Source: Thermoplasmatota archaeon
GTDB taxonomy: Archaea; Thermoplasmatota; Thermoplasmata; UBA10834
Length of the DNA stretch: 64,000 bases
Assembly (NCBI GenBank): GCA_040751795.1
Contig: JBFMHR010000004.1
Location: 1-64,000, forward strand
Direction: 5' to 3'
Shown here: positions 9,104 through 17,640 of the stretch, in pieces
Layout: every line of letters starts with the position of its first letter
How positions within the stretch are numbered: the first letter of the stretch is position 1
Position numbers and translations under genes: made by a program
The notes under the pieces: generated by a model
The model's database searches: none
What the model was told of the DNA's origin: nothing
Seen by the model: the letters and a program-made list of their open reading frames with translations, nothing else

Positions 9104-9698
9104 CCAGACTCCTCCTCCTCACCTCTCCGCGGGGTCCGTCCTCGGAGAAGACCTCCGCCTGGAACTTGAACACCTTCGTCTCCGGATCGAGCCAAGCGTC
9201 CGGCGGGAGCCCGGCCTTGAGGCACGTCTGCGTGAGGAAGTCCTCCGGGTCCCAGCCCCACTCGACGGGCACCTGCGGGAGCAGGAGCCCGCGCCCCCAG
9301 CTGCGGTGCACTATGAGCCCGTCATCGCCGACCTTCACGTGCTTGGGCAGCTCGGACGGCCTCTTGACCTTGATCTCCTCGGGAGGCGTAAGGAGGCTGA
9401 CCTCGACCCTGATCCCGTCGAGCTCGGCCGCCCTCACCGGGGGGAACCTCGGGTCCCGGGAGCACGCGCTCACGGCCGAGTCCCTCAGGGCGTCCTGGAG
9501 GGGGACGAGCGGCTCGGGGTATCCGATGCACCCCCTCAGGTCCCCGGCGGGGTGCGTCGTGATGGTCACGAAGACCCCGGACTTGCCCTTGAAGCCGGCG
9601 GGGAGGTTGAGCCTCGGGGGCGTCTCCTTCCGCACATGGGCCTCAATGACGGCCCTCGCGGCCTTCACCGCCAGACGGCCGTCCTCGTCGGAAAACAT
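9078..9698 (-). CDS. AMMECR1 domain protein (TIGR00296-like)
   Basis: GVFVT...LRGCIG, DPRFPP, VEVSLLT, GLLLPQV, CLKAG. Confidence 0.93.
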   Translation of the reverse strand: MFSDEDGRLAVKAARAVIEAHVRKETPPRLNLPAGFKGKSGVFVTITTHPAGDLRGCIGYPEPLVPLQDALRDSAVSACSRDPRFPPVRAAELDGIRVEVSLLTPPEEIKVKRPSELPKHVKVGDDGLIVHRSWGRGLLLPQVPVEWGWDPEDFLTQTCLKAGLPPDAWLDPETKVFKFQAEVFSEDGPRGEVRRRSLDEEHGARR

Positions 9699-9826
9699 GG
9701 TCTCCTTGTGGCTCAATCGAATCCCATGCATAAAGACTTTTCAACGGCGCTATCGCGCGCCGCCGCTCCCGCATGCCTGGCTCGAGCCCCTGGAACCAAA
9801 CATTAAATATCATCGATACGAATCCG

Positions 9827-10249
9827 ATGGCGGTCCGTATGAAGTTCGTCAAGCTCTCCCAGTCAGAGTACGAGGAGATACGCAAGCTCTACGAGGGCGT
9901 GATGTCCCAGGCCTGCTACGGACTCTTCTTCAGGGAGGGCATGATCCTCGGCGACGAGATCTCCAAGATCGCCATGCAGGAGCCCGACAAGTACTTCGAG
10001 ATATGCGCCAACCTCCTCAGGGCCAGGGGGTGGGTGGACAACATCGTCTTCGAGGAGTCTGACGCGGTGGCGGAGGGGTCGATCGAGTCCTGCCAGTCCG
10101 ACGTCCCGACGTGCCACAGGCTGAGGGGCATCGTCAAGAGGGTGTACGAGTCCAAGAACCACAAGCGCCTCCACTGCGAGGAGGTCGAGTGCGTGAGCAA
10201 GGGCGACAAGCACTGCGTGTTCAGGGTCGAACTCCTGGGAGGGAGCTGA
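9827..10249 (+). CDS. V4R (4-vinyl reductase/Bet3-like fold) domain protein
   Basis: LFFREG...RGW...SIES...PTCHRLRG...CEEVECVSKGDKHCVF, the V4R Cys/Glu signature. Confidence 0.85.
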   Translation: MAVRMKFVKLSQSEYEEIRKLYEGVMSQACYGLFFREGMILGDEISKIAMQEPDKYFEICANLLRARGWVDNIVFEESDAVAEGSIESCQSDVPTCHRLRGIVKRVYESKNHKRLHCEEVECVSKGDKHCVFRVELLGGS

Positions 10250-10250
10250 C

Positions 10251-10598
10251 TTGGAGCTGAAGCCGGCCCTGAGGGCCCTCAGGCAGAGCTGCGGGTCGAT
10301 CGCGTCTGCCATAATAAGCAGGGACGGCCTCGTCATAGCCGCGGACCTCCCGGAGGGGGTGTCCATGGACACGTTCTCGATCATGTGCGCCACGCTGATC
10401 GGCGCCGCCTCCACGGCGAACTCGGAGCTCAGGGTCGGGACCCCGCAGAGCGTCCTGGTCGAGAGCGAGGACGCGAGGATGCTCGTCGTCGGCGCGGGCA
10501 GGAAGGCCCTCATAGTGACGGTGCTGCCGATGAGGGCGGACCCGGGCCTAGCGAAGAAGGAGCTCCTCAAGCTGGCCGACACGATCAAGATGATATGA
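10251..10598 (+). CDS. Roadblock/LC7 (MglB-like) protein
   Basis: SAIISRDGLVIA...FSIMCATLIGAA...VLVESE; 115 aa; 1 nt after the V4R stop. Confidence 0.9.
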   Translation: MELKPALRALRQSCGSIASAIISRDGLVIAADLPEGVSMDTFSIMCATLIGAASTANSELRVGTPQSVLVESEDARMLVVGAGRKALIVTVLPMRADPGLAKKELLKLADTIKMI

Positions 10599-10658
10599 GC
10601 CGGCACGCGCGGAAAACGACGGCAAAGGGGTTTGTGCGAAGTCGTTTGGCCCTCGGGC

Positions 10659-12488
10659 CTAGGCTATGTCGAGCTCCTTCAGCTTCTCGGGGCTCGGGAC
10701 GCCCTCGTGGTCCCACTTCCTGAAGGCCATGTAGTCGTCGAGCATCCTGTTCATCTCCTCGACGCTGATCTTGGAGCCCTTGGACGGCCCGTCCGCGATC
10801 GGGTCCTCGAGTATCCTGGGCGGCAGGAGCCAGTCCTTCCTGGTGACGCCCTGGAGTACGTTGAAGTTGCCCTTCATCGTGTGGACGCGCTCCCCGATCC
10901 TCAGGAGCTCCTCCTCGGTGTACTCCATGCCGGTGATGGCCCTGATGACCTCCCTCAGCCTGTCGATGAGGAAGAACCCCCTCGAGAACTTGCACAGGCC
11001 GATGGAGTCGTAGACGCACAGGAAGTTCTCCATGGTCGCGACCTTCTCGCCCTTGCCCTCGGTGGAGAACCTGTCTATGCCCTCCCAGCGCCAGAACTTG
11101 CCCACGAGCTCGGGGGCGTAGAAGCCGGCCCTCAGGTGGCACGCGCCCCTGGTCGACGTCATGTAGGCGAGGCCGTGCCCCTTCATGCCCCTGACGTCGT
11201 ACGCGGGCGGCTCGAGCCCCTTGGTGTGTATCGCGTACCTGGCGGAGCCCTTGCCTATCCTCTCGGCGGCCCTCTTGACCCCGTCGGCCAGGACGTCGCC
11301 GAACCCCTCCCGCCTCCCCATCAGCCCGCACATCGCGGGGACGGCGTCGGTGGCGCTGTCCCAGGTGAGCCTCATGCCCACGTCCTTCTCGGTCAGGATG
11401 CCCCTCTGCACGAGCTCCATGGCGAAGCCGATAGTGACGCCGGCGGAGATGGTGTCGATGCCGACGAGGTCGCAGACCTCGTTCGCCTTGGCGACCGACT
11501 CGATGCTGGAGTTCCCGCACTGCCCGCCCAGCGAGTACAGGGTCTCGTACTCGAGCCCGTCTATGGCCACGCCGGTGAACTTCCCGTCCTTGACCTGGAA
11601 GAGCTTGCCGCAGGGCTTGGTGCACGAGAAGCAGGCCTTGTTCTTGGTCACGTACCTGGTGGCCCAGTAGTACGGGTCGATCTGCTCCCTCTCCTTGAAG
11701 ACGCTCTCCTGCCAGTTCCTGGTCGGGAAGACGCCCTTCTCCTTGTTGATCCAGCCCAGGAACTCGCCCGTGCCGTACTTCGTGTCCTCGACGAACGAGG
11801 GGGCCGCCTCCATGACCTTCTGGTACCTCAGTGCGATCTCCAGGAGCGCCCCCGGGTCGGCCGGGACGAGGTCCTTCGTCCCCCTGACGGCGATCGCCTT
11901 GAGGTTCTTGGAGCCCATGACCGCGCCCAGGCCGGCCCTCCCGGACTGCCTGTCGTCGCAGTCGATGCAGGCCATGCGGACGAGCTTCTCCCCCGCCACG
12001 CCTATGCACGCGACCTTGACGTCCCAGCCGAGGCGCCTCTTGAGCGCATCGGGGGTCTGCCTCGTGTCCTTGCCCCAGAGGTCCTCGGCCTCCCTGACCT
12101 CGACGGTGTCGTCCTCGATGAAGAGGTAGACGGGCTTCTCGGCCCTCCCGTGGACCTCGAGCGCGTCGTATCCGGCGTGCCTCAGCTCCGCCCCGATGGA
12201 CCCGCCCATGATGCTCTCGGCCAGGGTGTTCGTGGCGGGCGACTTGCCCGCGAAGGCGGTCTTCCCGCCCGTGGGGACCGGGAACCCGGCGAAGAGCCCC
12301 GGGGCCATGGCGAGGACGTTCTCCGGGGAGAGGGCGTCCGCGCCCGCGGGCACCCCGTGGTAGACGAGCTCCACCGCGAAGCCCTGCCCGCCGAGGTACT
12401 TCCTGGCGTACCTCTCGTCTATGGTCTTGACGGAGCTCTTGCCCGTCGTGAGGTCGACCTTGAGGATCCTTCCAGCGTAGCCCTTCAT
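10659..12488 (-). CDS. aor: Tungsten-dependent aldehyde:ferredoxin oxidoreductase family protein
   Basis: KSP, GRAGLGAVMGSKNLKA, CFSCTKPC, EYET, DTIS, RGACH, DSIGLCKF. Confidence 0.95.
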   Translation of the reverse strand: MKGYAGRILKVDLTTGKSSVKTIDERYARKYLGGQGFAVELVYHGVPAGADALSPENVLAMAPGLFAGFPVPTGGKTAFAGKSPATNTLAESIMGGSIGAELRHAGYDALEVHGRAEKPVYLFIEDDTVEVREAEDLWGKDTRQTPDALKRRLGWDVKVACIGVAGEKLVRMACIDCDDRQSGRAGLGAVMGSKNLKAIAVRGTKDLVPADPGALLEIALRYQKVMEAAPSFVEDTKYGTGEFLGWINKEKGVFPTRNWQESVFKEREQIDPYYWATRYVTKNKACFSCTKPCGKLFQVKDGKFTGVAIDGLEYETLYSLGGQCGNSSIESVAKANEVCDLVGIDTISAGVTIGFAMELVQRGILTEKDVGMRLTWDSATDAVPAMCGLMGRREGFGDVLADGVKRAAERIGKGSARYAIHTKGLEPPAYDVRGMKGHGLAYMTSTRGACHLRAGFYAPELVGKFWRWEGIDRFSTEGKGEKVATMENFLCVYDSIGLCKFSRGFFLIDRLREVIRAITGMEYTEEELLRIGERVHTMKGNFNVLQGVTRKDWLLPPRILEDPIADGPSKGSKISVEEMNRMLDDYMAFRKWDHEGVPSPEKLKELDIA

Positions 12489-12489
12489 C

Positions 12490-12939
12490 TCACTCCTCCT
12501 CCTTCAGGAGCTCCTTCACGAGCCCGTACTGCTCGGGCTTGGGCTCCTCGTACTTGATGGCCCCCATGGGGCAGAACTTGACGCATGTCGGGTCCCCGCC
12601 GCACAGGTCGCACTTGAAGGCGACGTCCTCCATGCGCATGACCCCGAACGGGCACACCTCCACGCACGTGCCGCACGCGGTGCACTCGCTCTCCTCGACC
12701 CTGACGATGCCGTCCTCGTTCTTGATCGCCTCGACGGGGCAGTGGAGGACGCAGCACTCCTCGCCGCAGGAGACGCAGTGCGTGCACACAGCGGGGAAGT
12801 CGGTCTTGACGTCCCTCCTGTGCACCTGCAGCCGCGCGTCCGCGTGGTTGACCTTGCCTTCATGGTACAGGGAGCAGGCCATCTCGCAGAACCTGCACCC
12901 CGTGCACTTGTCCGGGTACGGGACCAACATCTTTACCAT
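12490..12939 (-). CDS. 4Fe-4S dicluster protein (AOR-associated electron-transfer subunit)
   Basis: CTGCRFCEMAC, CTHC..C...CVLHCP, CTACGTCVEVCP, KCDLC...CVKFCP; directly upstream of aor. Confidence 0.9.
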   Translation of the reverse strand: MVKMLVPYPDKCTGCRFCEMACSLYHEGKVNHADARLQVHRRDVKTDFPAVCTHCVSCGEECCVLHCPVEAIKNEDGIVRVEESECTACGTCVEVCPFGVMRMEDVAFKCDLCGGDPTCVKFCPMGAIKYEEPKPEQYGLVKELLKEEE

Positions 12940-13026
12940 ACGGCAATACACCCCTGGTTCGACGTTGCTCGGTAACGGGCTACGTGTAAAAAAGTTGTGC
13001 GTCGCGACGCTCAGGATATCGGAGCG

Positions 13027-13353
13027 TCACTTCGATTTCCGCTTGATCTCGACCCTCTTCAGCTCTGCCCTCTTCTGGGGCATCTCCTTCTCCAGCTCGG
13101 CGAGGACGGCGTCTATGAAGCTCCTCGCGGCGAGGAGGACCTCCTTCTCCGCCCTGTGGATCCTGACCTTGGTCTCCTCGGGGACCTCCATCTGTCTGAG
13201 CGCGGAGTTCGCGGCCTGGACCACGTCCATGCCCGCGTTCACGAAGTGCGTCATGGTCTCCTTCGTGGTCACTTCGGACACTATCTCCTCAAGGTGCCTT
13301 TCGAGGCGCTTTGCGGCCTCCTTTCCCCTTTCCCTTCTTCCCGACAACTCCAT
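13027..13353 (-). CDS. Small helical hypothetical protein overlapping the arsA-like gene
   Basis: Host-like codon usage; amphipathic helices; GGTGA SD suggests TTG 13347 as an alternative start. Confidence 0.7.
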   Translation of the reverse strand: MELSGRRERGKEAAKRLERHLEEIVSEVTTKETMTHFVNAGMDVVQAANSALRQMEVPEETKVRIHRAEKEVLLAARSFIDAVLAELEKEMPQKRAELKRVEIKRKSK

Positions 13354-14515
13354 CACCTTCGAACCGCACGGTCAGCCAGGGCCCCTCCAGGTCCGCCCCG
13401 AGTATCTCCTTCCCCGCGAGGGCGTAGGGCAGCAGTATGGACTTCTTGAACGCCCCGAGCTGCAGTACGAGAACATCCTTGCGCGTATATAGCTCTAGTT
13501 TCTGGTCCATGAGGAAGGGCAGCTTCACGGCCAGCCTGTTCTCGCCGTCCCCCGAGGATATGCGGAGGGGCGACTCCAGGGAGAAGGCCCTGGTCGGGTC
13601 CTCGTCCCCGAAGAGCTCGTCGGCGAGCTTCTCGAGGGCGGCCCCGCCCAGGACCTCCCTGGGCATCATGCGGGCGGTGAAGGTCTTGAGCGGGGAGAAC
13701 ATCTCGTCGATGGTCTTGAGGTGCCGCCTCTGCTCCTCGAGCTTGGCCGCGAAGAACGGGTCGGCTATGTCGTCCGAGAGGACCCTGTTGACAACGATGC
13801 TCTCGACCGTGTAGCCGTACATGCAGAGGTAGGTGTACGCCCTCTGCGTCTCGGAGATGACCATCTTCTCCGGGTTCACCACCAGCCTCACGGACGTGAC
13901 CTCCGGGTCGGTCAGGAGGTCCCTGACGTACCTCATCCTTTCCCTGAGCTCCTCCAGGTCCTCGAGGAACCGGTCCGAGGGGAGGGGGGTGGAGACGAGC
14001 CTCCCCACGGTCGCCCTGGCGATCTTGAGGACGTTCCTGACCATGTGGAACAGGTGGTCGAAGTACCAGCTGGCTATGTCGGGGAACGCGAGCAGCCTGA
14101 GGGTGTCGGCGGTCGGGGCGGTGTCCATGACCACGACGTCGTACTTCTTGGACTTGTGGAACTCCTCGACGTAGAAGAGGGCGGACATGAGCTCCATCCC
14201 GGGGAACACGGCCATCTCCTTCGCGGAGACGCTGTCCATCCCCTGCGACGCCAGGAAGTCGGAGAAGTAGCTCTGGATCTCCTTCCACCTCGTCTCCAGC
14301 TCGTGCTGGATGTCGACCTCGATGGCGTCGAGGTTCTTCGACACCCGCTGGACGGTCCCGGACAGGGGCACCTCCAGCGAGTCGGCGAGGCTGTGGGCGG
14401 CGTCCGTGCTCATGACGACGGTCCTGTGGCCCATGGCGGCGGACCTGAGCGCGGTCGCGGCGGAGACCGAGGTCTTGCCCACGCCGCCCTTGCCAGTGTA
14501 TATGATGACCCTCAT
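13289..14515 (-). CDS. ArsA/GET3-family SIMIBI ATPase with C-terminal HSP20-like domain
   Basis: GKGGVGKT, STDAAHSL, FPGMELM, DTAPT, VVNPEKMV, NR; beta-rich C-terminal extension; single ATPase domain. Confidence 0.9.
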   Translation of the reverse strand: MRVIIYTGKGGVGKTSVSAATALRSAAMGHRTVVMSTDAAHSLADSLEVPLSGTVQRVSKNLDAIEVDIQHELETRWKEIQSYFSDFLASQGMDSVSAKEMAVFPGMELMSALFYVEEFHKSKKYDVVVMDTAPTADTLRLLAFPDIASWYFDHLFHMVRNVLKIARATVGRLVSTPLPSDRFLEDLEELRERMRYVRDLLTDPEVTSVRLVVNPEKMVISETQRAYTYLCMYGYTVESIVVNRVLSDDIADPFFAAKLEEQRRHLKTIDEMFSPLKTFTARMMPREVLGGAALEKLADELFGDEDPTRAFSLESPLRISSGDGENRLAVKLPFLMDQKLELYTRKDVLVLQLGAFKKSILLPYALAGKEILGADLEGPWLTVRFEGDGVVGKKGKGKGGRKAPRKAP

Positions 14516-14555
14516 TCCGCTCACGCGGGCGAGGGAACGCCCTCTCCTCTGATAA

Positions 14556-14663
14556 TGGTGTCGGGGACGGGAATCGAACCCGCGGCCTTCGGATGTCCTA
14601 GGAGCATCTGGTCAGAAGAACTCCCTATGAGTCCGACGCTCTACCAGGCTGAGCCACCCCGAC
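14556..14663 (-). tRNA. tRNA-Met(CAT), probably elongator, with 31-nt intron (14595-14625) at position 37/38; CCA encoded
   Basis: Reverse complement GTCGGGGTGGCTCAGCCTGGTAGAGCGTCGGACTCATA[intron]ATCCGAAGGCCGCGGGTTCGATTCCCGTCCCCGACACCA. Confidence 0.92.
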
Positions 14664-14701
14664 ATGTTGCCACCCCTCGGAGCTGGCGCGGCCCGGCCGG
14701 C

Positions 14702-15466
14702 TCACTGCCCCCTCTCTTCGGGTGGGATCTCTTCCTCGGCAGGGGCTTCGGCCTGCTCGGGCTTCGGCGGCTCCTCCGCGGGCGCCGCCACTGGCGCCGG
14801 GGCGGGTCCCGGCTCCGGCTCGGGCGCGGGCTGCTCCGGCGCCACTATGGGCTCCTCGCCCGGCTCCGGGGGCCTGCCCGCCTTGATGACCTCGCTCTTG
14901 CCGATCTCTATCCTCTTGACGGGGACTATGACCTTGGACGCGTCGGAAATGGCCTTGGCCATGTCCCCCATGATCATCTTCCGGACGAGCTCGCCTATGG
15001 TGGATTCGGACGCGACCTTGACGACGGAGTCCTTCATGATGTTCCTGATGGCGGTCTCCTGCGACGCCTGGATGCGCTGCTCGGAAACGGCCATGGGCTT
15101 GATCCTGACCTCCCAGCCGTCCTTGGTCGTCACGTCGACGACCGCGTCGGTCTTGGTCCTCTTCCTCCTCGTGAGGCGCCTGACGTAGTCGCTGGTCAGG
15201 GTGTGCCCGTCGTAGAGGGTGAAGGCGTCCAGCCCCCTCACGTCGTGCACCTTGAACTTGAGCTTGATGTGCATCTTGGAGAAGTCGCCCGTGAGGTCCT
15301 GGACCGTCGCCTCGGCTATCCTGCCCATCACGTGCTCGGGCAGGTCCGAGGGGGTCTCCCCCAGCTGCATCTTGCTGAACATGTCGGGAGCGTGGACCTT
15401 GTACCACTCCTTCGCGCGCCACTTGTCCTTGACCTTCTTGGCCGCGGCCCTTGCCTTCTGTGCCAT
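14702..15466 (-). CDS. rps3ae: 30S ribosomal protein S3Ae with Pro/Glu/Ala-rich tail
   Basis: KVKDKWRAKEWY.V.AP..F, GETP, DLTGD, HTLTSDYVRRL.RR, PVKRIEI.KSEV. Confidence 0.97.
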   Translation of the reverse strand: MAQKARAAAKKVKDKWRAKEWYKVHAPDMFSKMQLGETPSDLPEHVMGRIAEATVQDLTGDFSKMHIKLKFKVHDVRGLDAFTLYDGHTLTSDYVRRLTRRKRTKTDAVVDVTTKDGWEVRIKPMAVSEQRIQASQETAIRNIMKDSVVKVASESTIGELVRKMIMGDMAKAISDASKVIVPVKRIEIGKSEVIKAGRPPEPGEEPIVAPEQPAPEPEPGPAPAPVAAPAEEPPKPEQAEAPAEEEIPPEERGQ

Positions 15467-15550
15467 CTGATACCTCTGGTTGGATGATAGGGTGGCTCGA
15501 TAACAGGTTGCCGTATTAAAAGATTGCTGTGGTTTTTGGGAGGGGTTTCG

Positions 15551-15567
15551 GGCCCCCAGTGGGGGCC
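15551..15567 (-). terminator. GC hairpin right after the dppC-like stop, followed by a C/A-rich tract
   Basis: GGCCCCC-ACT-GGGGGCC inverted repeat, then GAAACCCCTCCCAAAAACC on the minus strand. Confidence 0.5.
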
Positions 15568-15570
15568 GCG

Positions 15571-16506
15571 TCAGCGCTTCCTGAGCTTGGGGTTCAGTAC
15601 CTCGTCCATGGCGTACCCGACGAAGGTGAAGCCCAGGACCACCACGACGATGCACAGGCCGGGCATGAGGATGAAGGCGTACGGGCCGTTCGTGGCCGCG
15701 CCCGCCACGTAAGCGTCCTCCAGGATCCTGCCCCACGTCTCGACGTTCTGCGGTCCCAGCTTAAGGAAGCTGAGCGTGCTCTCGGAGAGGATGGATATCG
15801 CCACTGTGAGGATGGCGTTCGCGAATATCAGCGGCACCACGTTGGGGAAGATGTGCTTCCTCACGATGTGGAGCTCGCTGGAGCCTATCGCCTTCGCCCT
15901 CTCGACGAACTGCCTGGTCTTGAGGGAGAGCACCTGCGACCTGACTATCCTCGCGGTGGTGGACCACCCTGTCAGCCCGATGACTAGGATGACGGCCCCC
16001 AGCGTTCGCGCCTCGAAGACGGACGCGATCACCATCATCAGCACCAGCCACGGGATGGAGAGGAACACGTCGTTGATCCTCATTATGACCTCGTCCCTCC
16101 ATCCGCCCCAGTACCCGGACACGAGCCCAACGCCAGTGCCGATTCCCATGGAGATGGCCATCGCCGTGAAACCGACATACATCGACGCCTTGGTGCCGTG
16201 CAGGGTCCTGGTGAACACGTCCCTCCCGAGGACGTCCGTCCCGAACGGGTGCTCCCACGAAGACGGGAGGCGCGCGTCGGGGGTGGTGTAGAACGGGTTG
16301 TACGGGACGAAGAGCTGCGCGTACACTATCACGAACAGGAAGAACAGGATTATCAGCAGGCCGATCTTCCCCATCCAGGTTGCCAGGAACAGGTCGGTGG
16401 TCTTACCGAATCCCCTGGCCGCCAGGCCTACCTTGTCAGCCAGGAGCGGGTTGCCCCTGAAGATCCGGTGAGCCCCATTCTCCAGCGCCTTCTCGAACTT
16501 AACCAT
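15571..16506 (-). CDS. Peptide/nickel ABC transporter permease (DppC/OppC)
   Basis: HPFGTDVLGRD, ARIVRSQVLSLK..FVE.AKAIG, HIFPN, ESTLSFL.LG. Confidence 0.95.
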   Translation of the reverse strand: MVKFEKALENGAHRIFRGNPLLADKVGLAARGFGKTTDLFLATWMGKIGLLIILFFLFVIVYAQLFVPYNPFYTTPDARLPSSWEHPFGTDVLGRDVFTRTLHGTKASMYVGFTAMAISMGIGTGVGLVSGYWGGWRDEVIMRINDVFLSIPWLVLMMVIASVFEARTLGAVILVIGLTGWSTTARIVRSQVLSLKTRQFVERAKAIGSSELHIVRKHIFPNVVPLIFANAILTVAISILSESTLSFLKLGPQNVETWGRILEDAYVAGAATNGPYAFILMPGLCIVVVVLGFTFVGYAMDEVLNPKLRKR

Positions 16507-16518
16507 GCTCCGCCCCTC

Positions 16519-17505
16519 CTAAGATATCGTCACCCTCGGGTCCAGCAGGACGAGGACAATGTCGGCGATCAGGTTGGCGAAGACGACCCCCACCCCTCCG
16601 ATGAGGAATATGAACTGCAGGACGGGGAAGTCGTAGTTCCATATCGCGTCCACGGTCGCCATGCCGATGCCCCTGTAGCTGAAGACCACCTCGATCTGGA
16701 ACGCCCCGCCAAGGATGAACGCGATGTCCATCGCGATCGTGGTGACGACGGGCAGCCTCGCGTTGGGTGTCGCGTGCCTCTTCATCACTTCCTTCTCGGA
16801 CAGCCCCTTCGCGTAGGCCGTCACGATGTACTCCTCGGTCATGACGTCGACGAGCGAGTTGCGCTGGATGAGGATGATGCCCGCCAGGGACCCGATGGAG
16901 AGGGTGGCCACGGGCAGGATCATGTGCGTGAGGATGTCGACCACCTTGTCCAAGGTGAGCGGGAACGGGGAGACGCCGCTGGTGATGTATCCCGCCGGGG
17001 GCAGCAGCGGCCAGATGCTGCAGAAGAGGATCATGAGCACTATGCCGAACCAGAATATCGGCATGCCGTAGAAGAAGAGGCCGAAGCCGGTGATGGCGAC
17101 GTCGGCGGACTTGCCCCGGCGCTTGGCCGCGAGCTTGCCCAGCCAGATGCCGACGAGGAATGTGATCACGGACGAGGTCCCTAGCAGCAATATGGTCCAC
17201 ACAATGGCATTGCCCAGGACCTCGGTCACAGGTAACTCATGGACGTAAGAAGTCCCCCAGTCCCCGGTGAAGGTCGTGAGGAAGTACTTGTAGAGCTGGA
17301 CGTACACCGGTTGGTCCAGGCCCATGAGCTCGACGTACCTCTCGTAGATGGCGTCGGAGTTCGACGAGGGGACCCTGGGCACATAGAGGAGGGCCGGGTC
17401 GCCAGGCATGACTCTGAAGAGCAGGAAGTTGACTAGCATTATCAGAAGGATCGTGATGAACGCGTTCAGCGACCGCTTCGCCAGCACTCTTCGAAACGAG
17501 GCCAC
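16519..17505 (-). CDS. Peptide/nickel ABC transporter permease (DppB/OppB)
   Basis: MPGDP, GLDQP, GDWGTS, P.FW.G, EEYI.TA.AKGL, EVVFSYRGIG, LDPR. Confidence 0.95.
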   Translation of the reverse strand: MASFRRVLAKRSLNAFITILLIMLVNFLLFRVMPGDPALLYVPRVPSSNSDAIYERYVELMGLDQPVYVQLYKYFLTTFTGDWGTSYVHELPVTEVLGNAIVWTILLLGTSSVITFLVGIWLGKLAAKRRGKSADVAITGFGLFFYGMPIFWFGIVLMILFCSIWPLLPPAGYITSGVSPFPLTLDKVVDILTHMILPVATLSIGSLAGIILIQRNSLVDVMTEEYIVTAYAKGLSEKEVMKRHATPNARLPVVTTIAMDIAFILGGAFQIEVVFSYRGIGMATVDAIWNYDFPVLQFIFLIGGVGVVFANLIADIVLVLLDPRVTIS

Positions 17506-17640
17506 AGGAGCACCGTCCTCTCCGCCATAGGGGTATCTGATTTAACTCTTGCGTCTTAACCTGTCCAGGTGTCTGCATGGAGGCTACGTTGGAGGGTTAA
17601 ATGGGTAATGGGTTTCATGGGGTTTGGGTCCGGCCTGCGC

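Noticed and set aside
13289-14515. Arsenic-resistance ArsA
   Set aside because: Single ATPase domain, no metalloid-binding Cys set, and no arsB/acr3/arsC/arsD/arsR nearby
14702-14880. Repetitive Pro/Glu/Ala tail of S3Ae as an insertion or repeat element
   Set aside because: Low-complexity acidic tails on archaeal ribosomal proteins are common, and there is no exact DNA repeat unit
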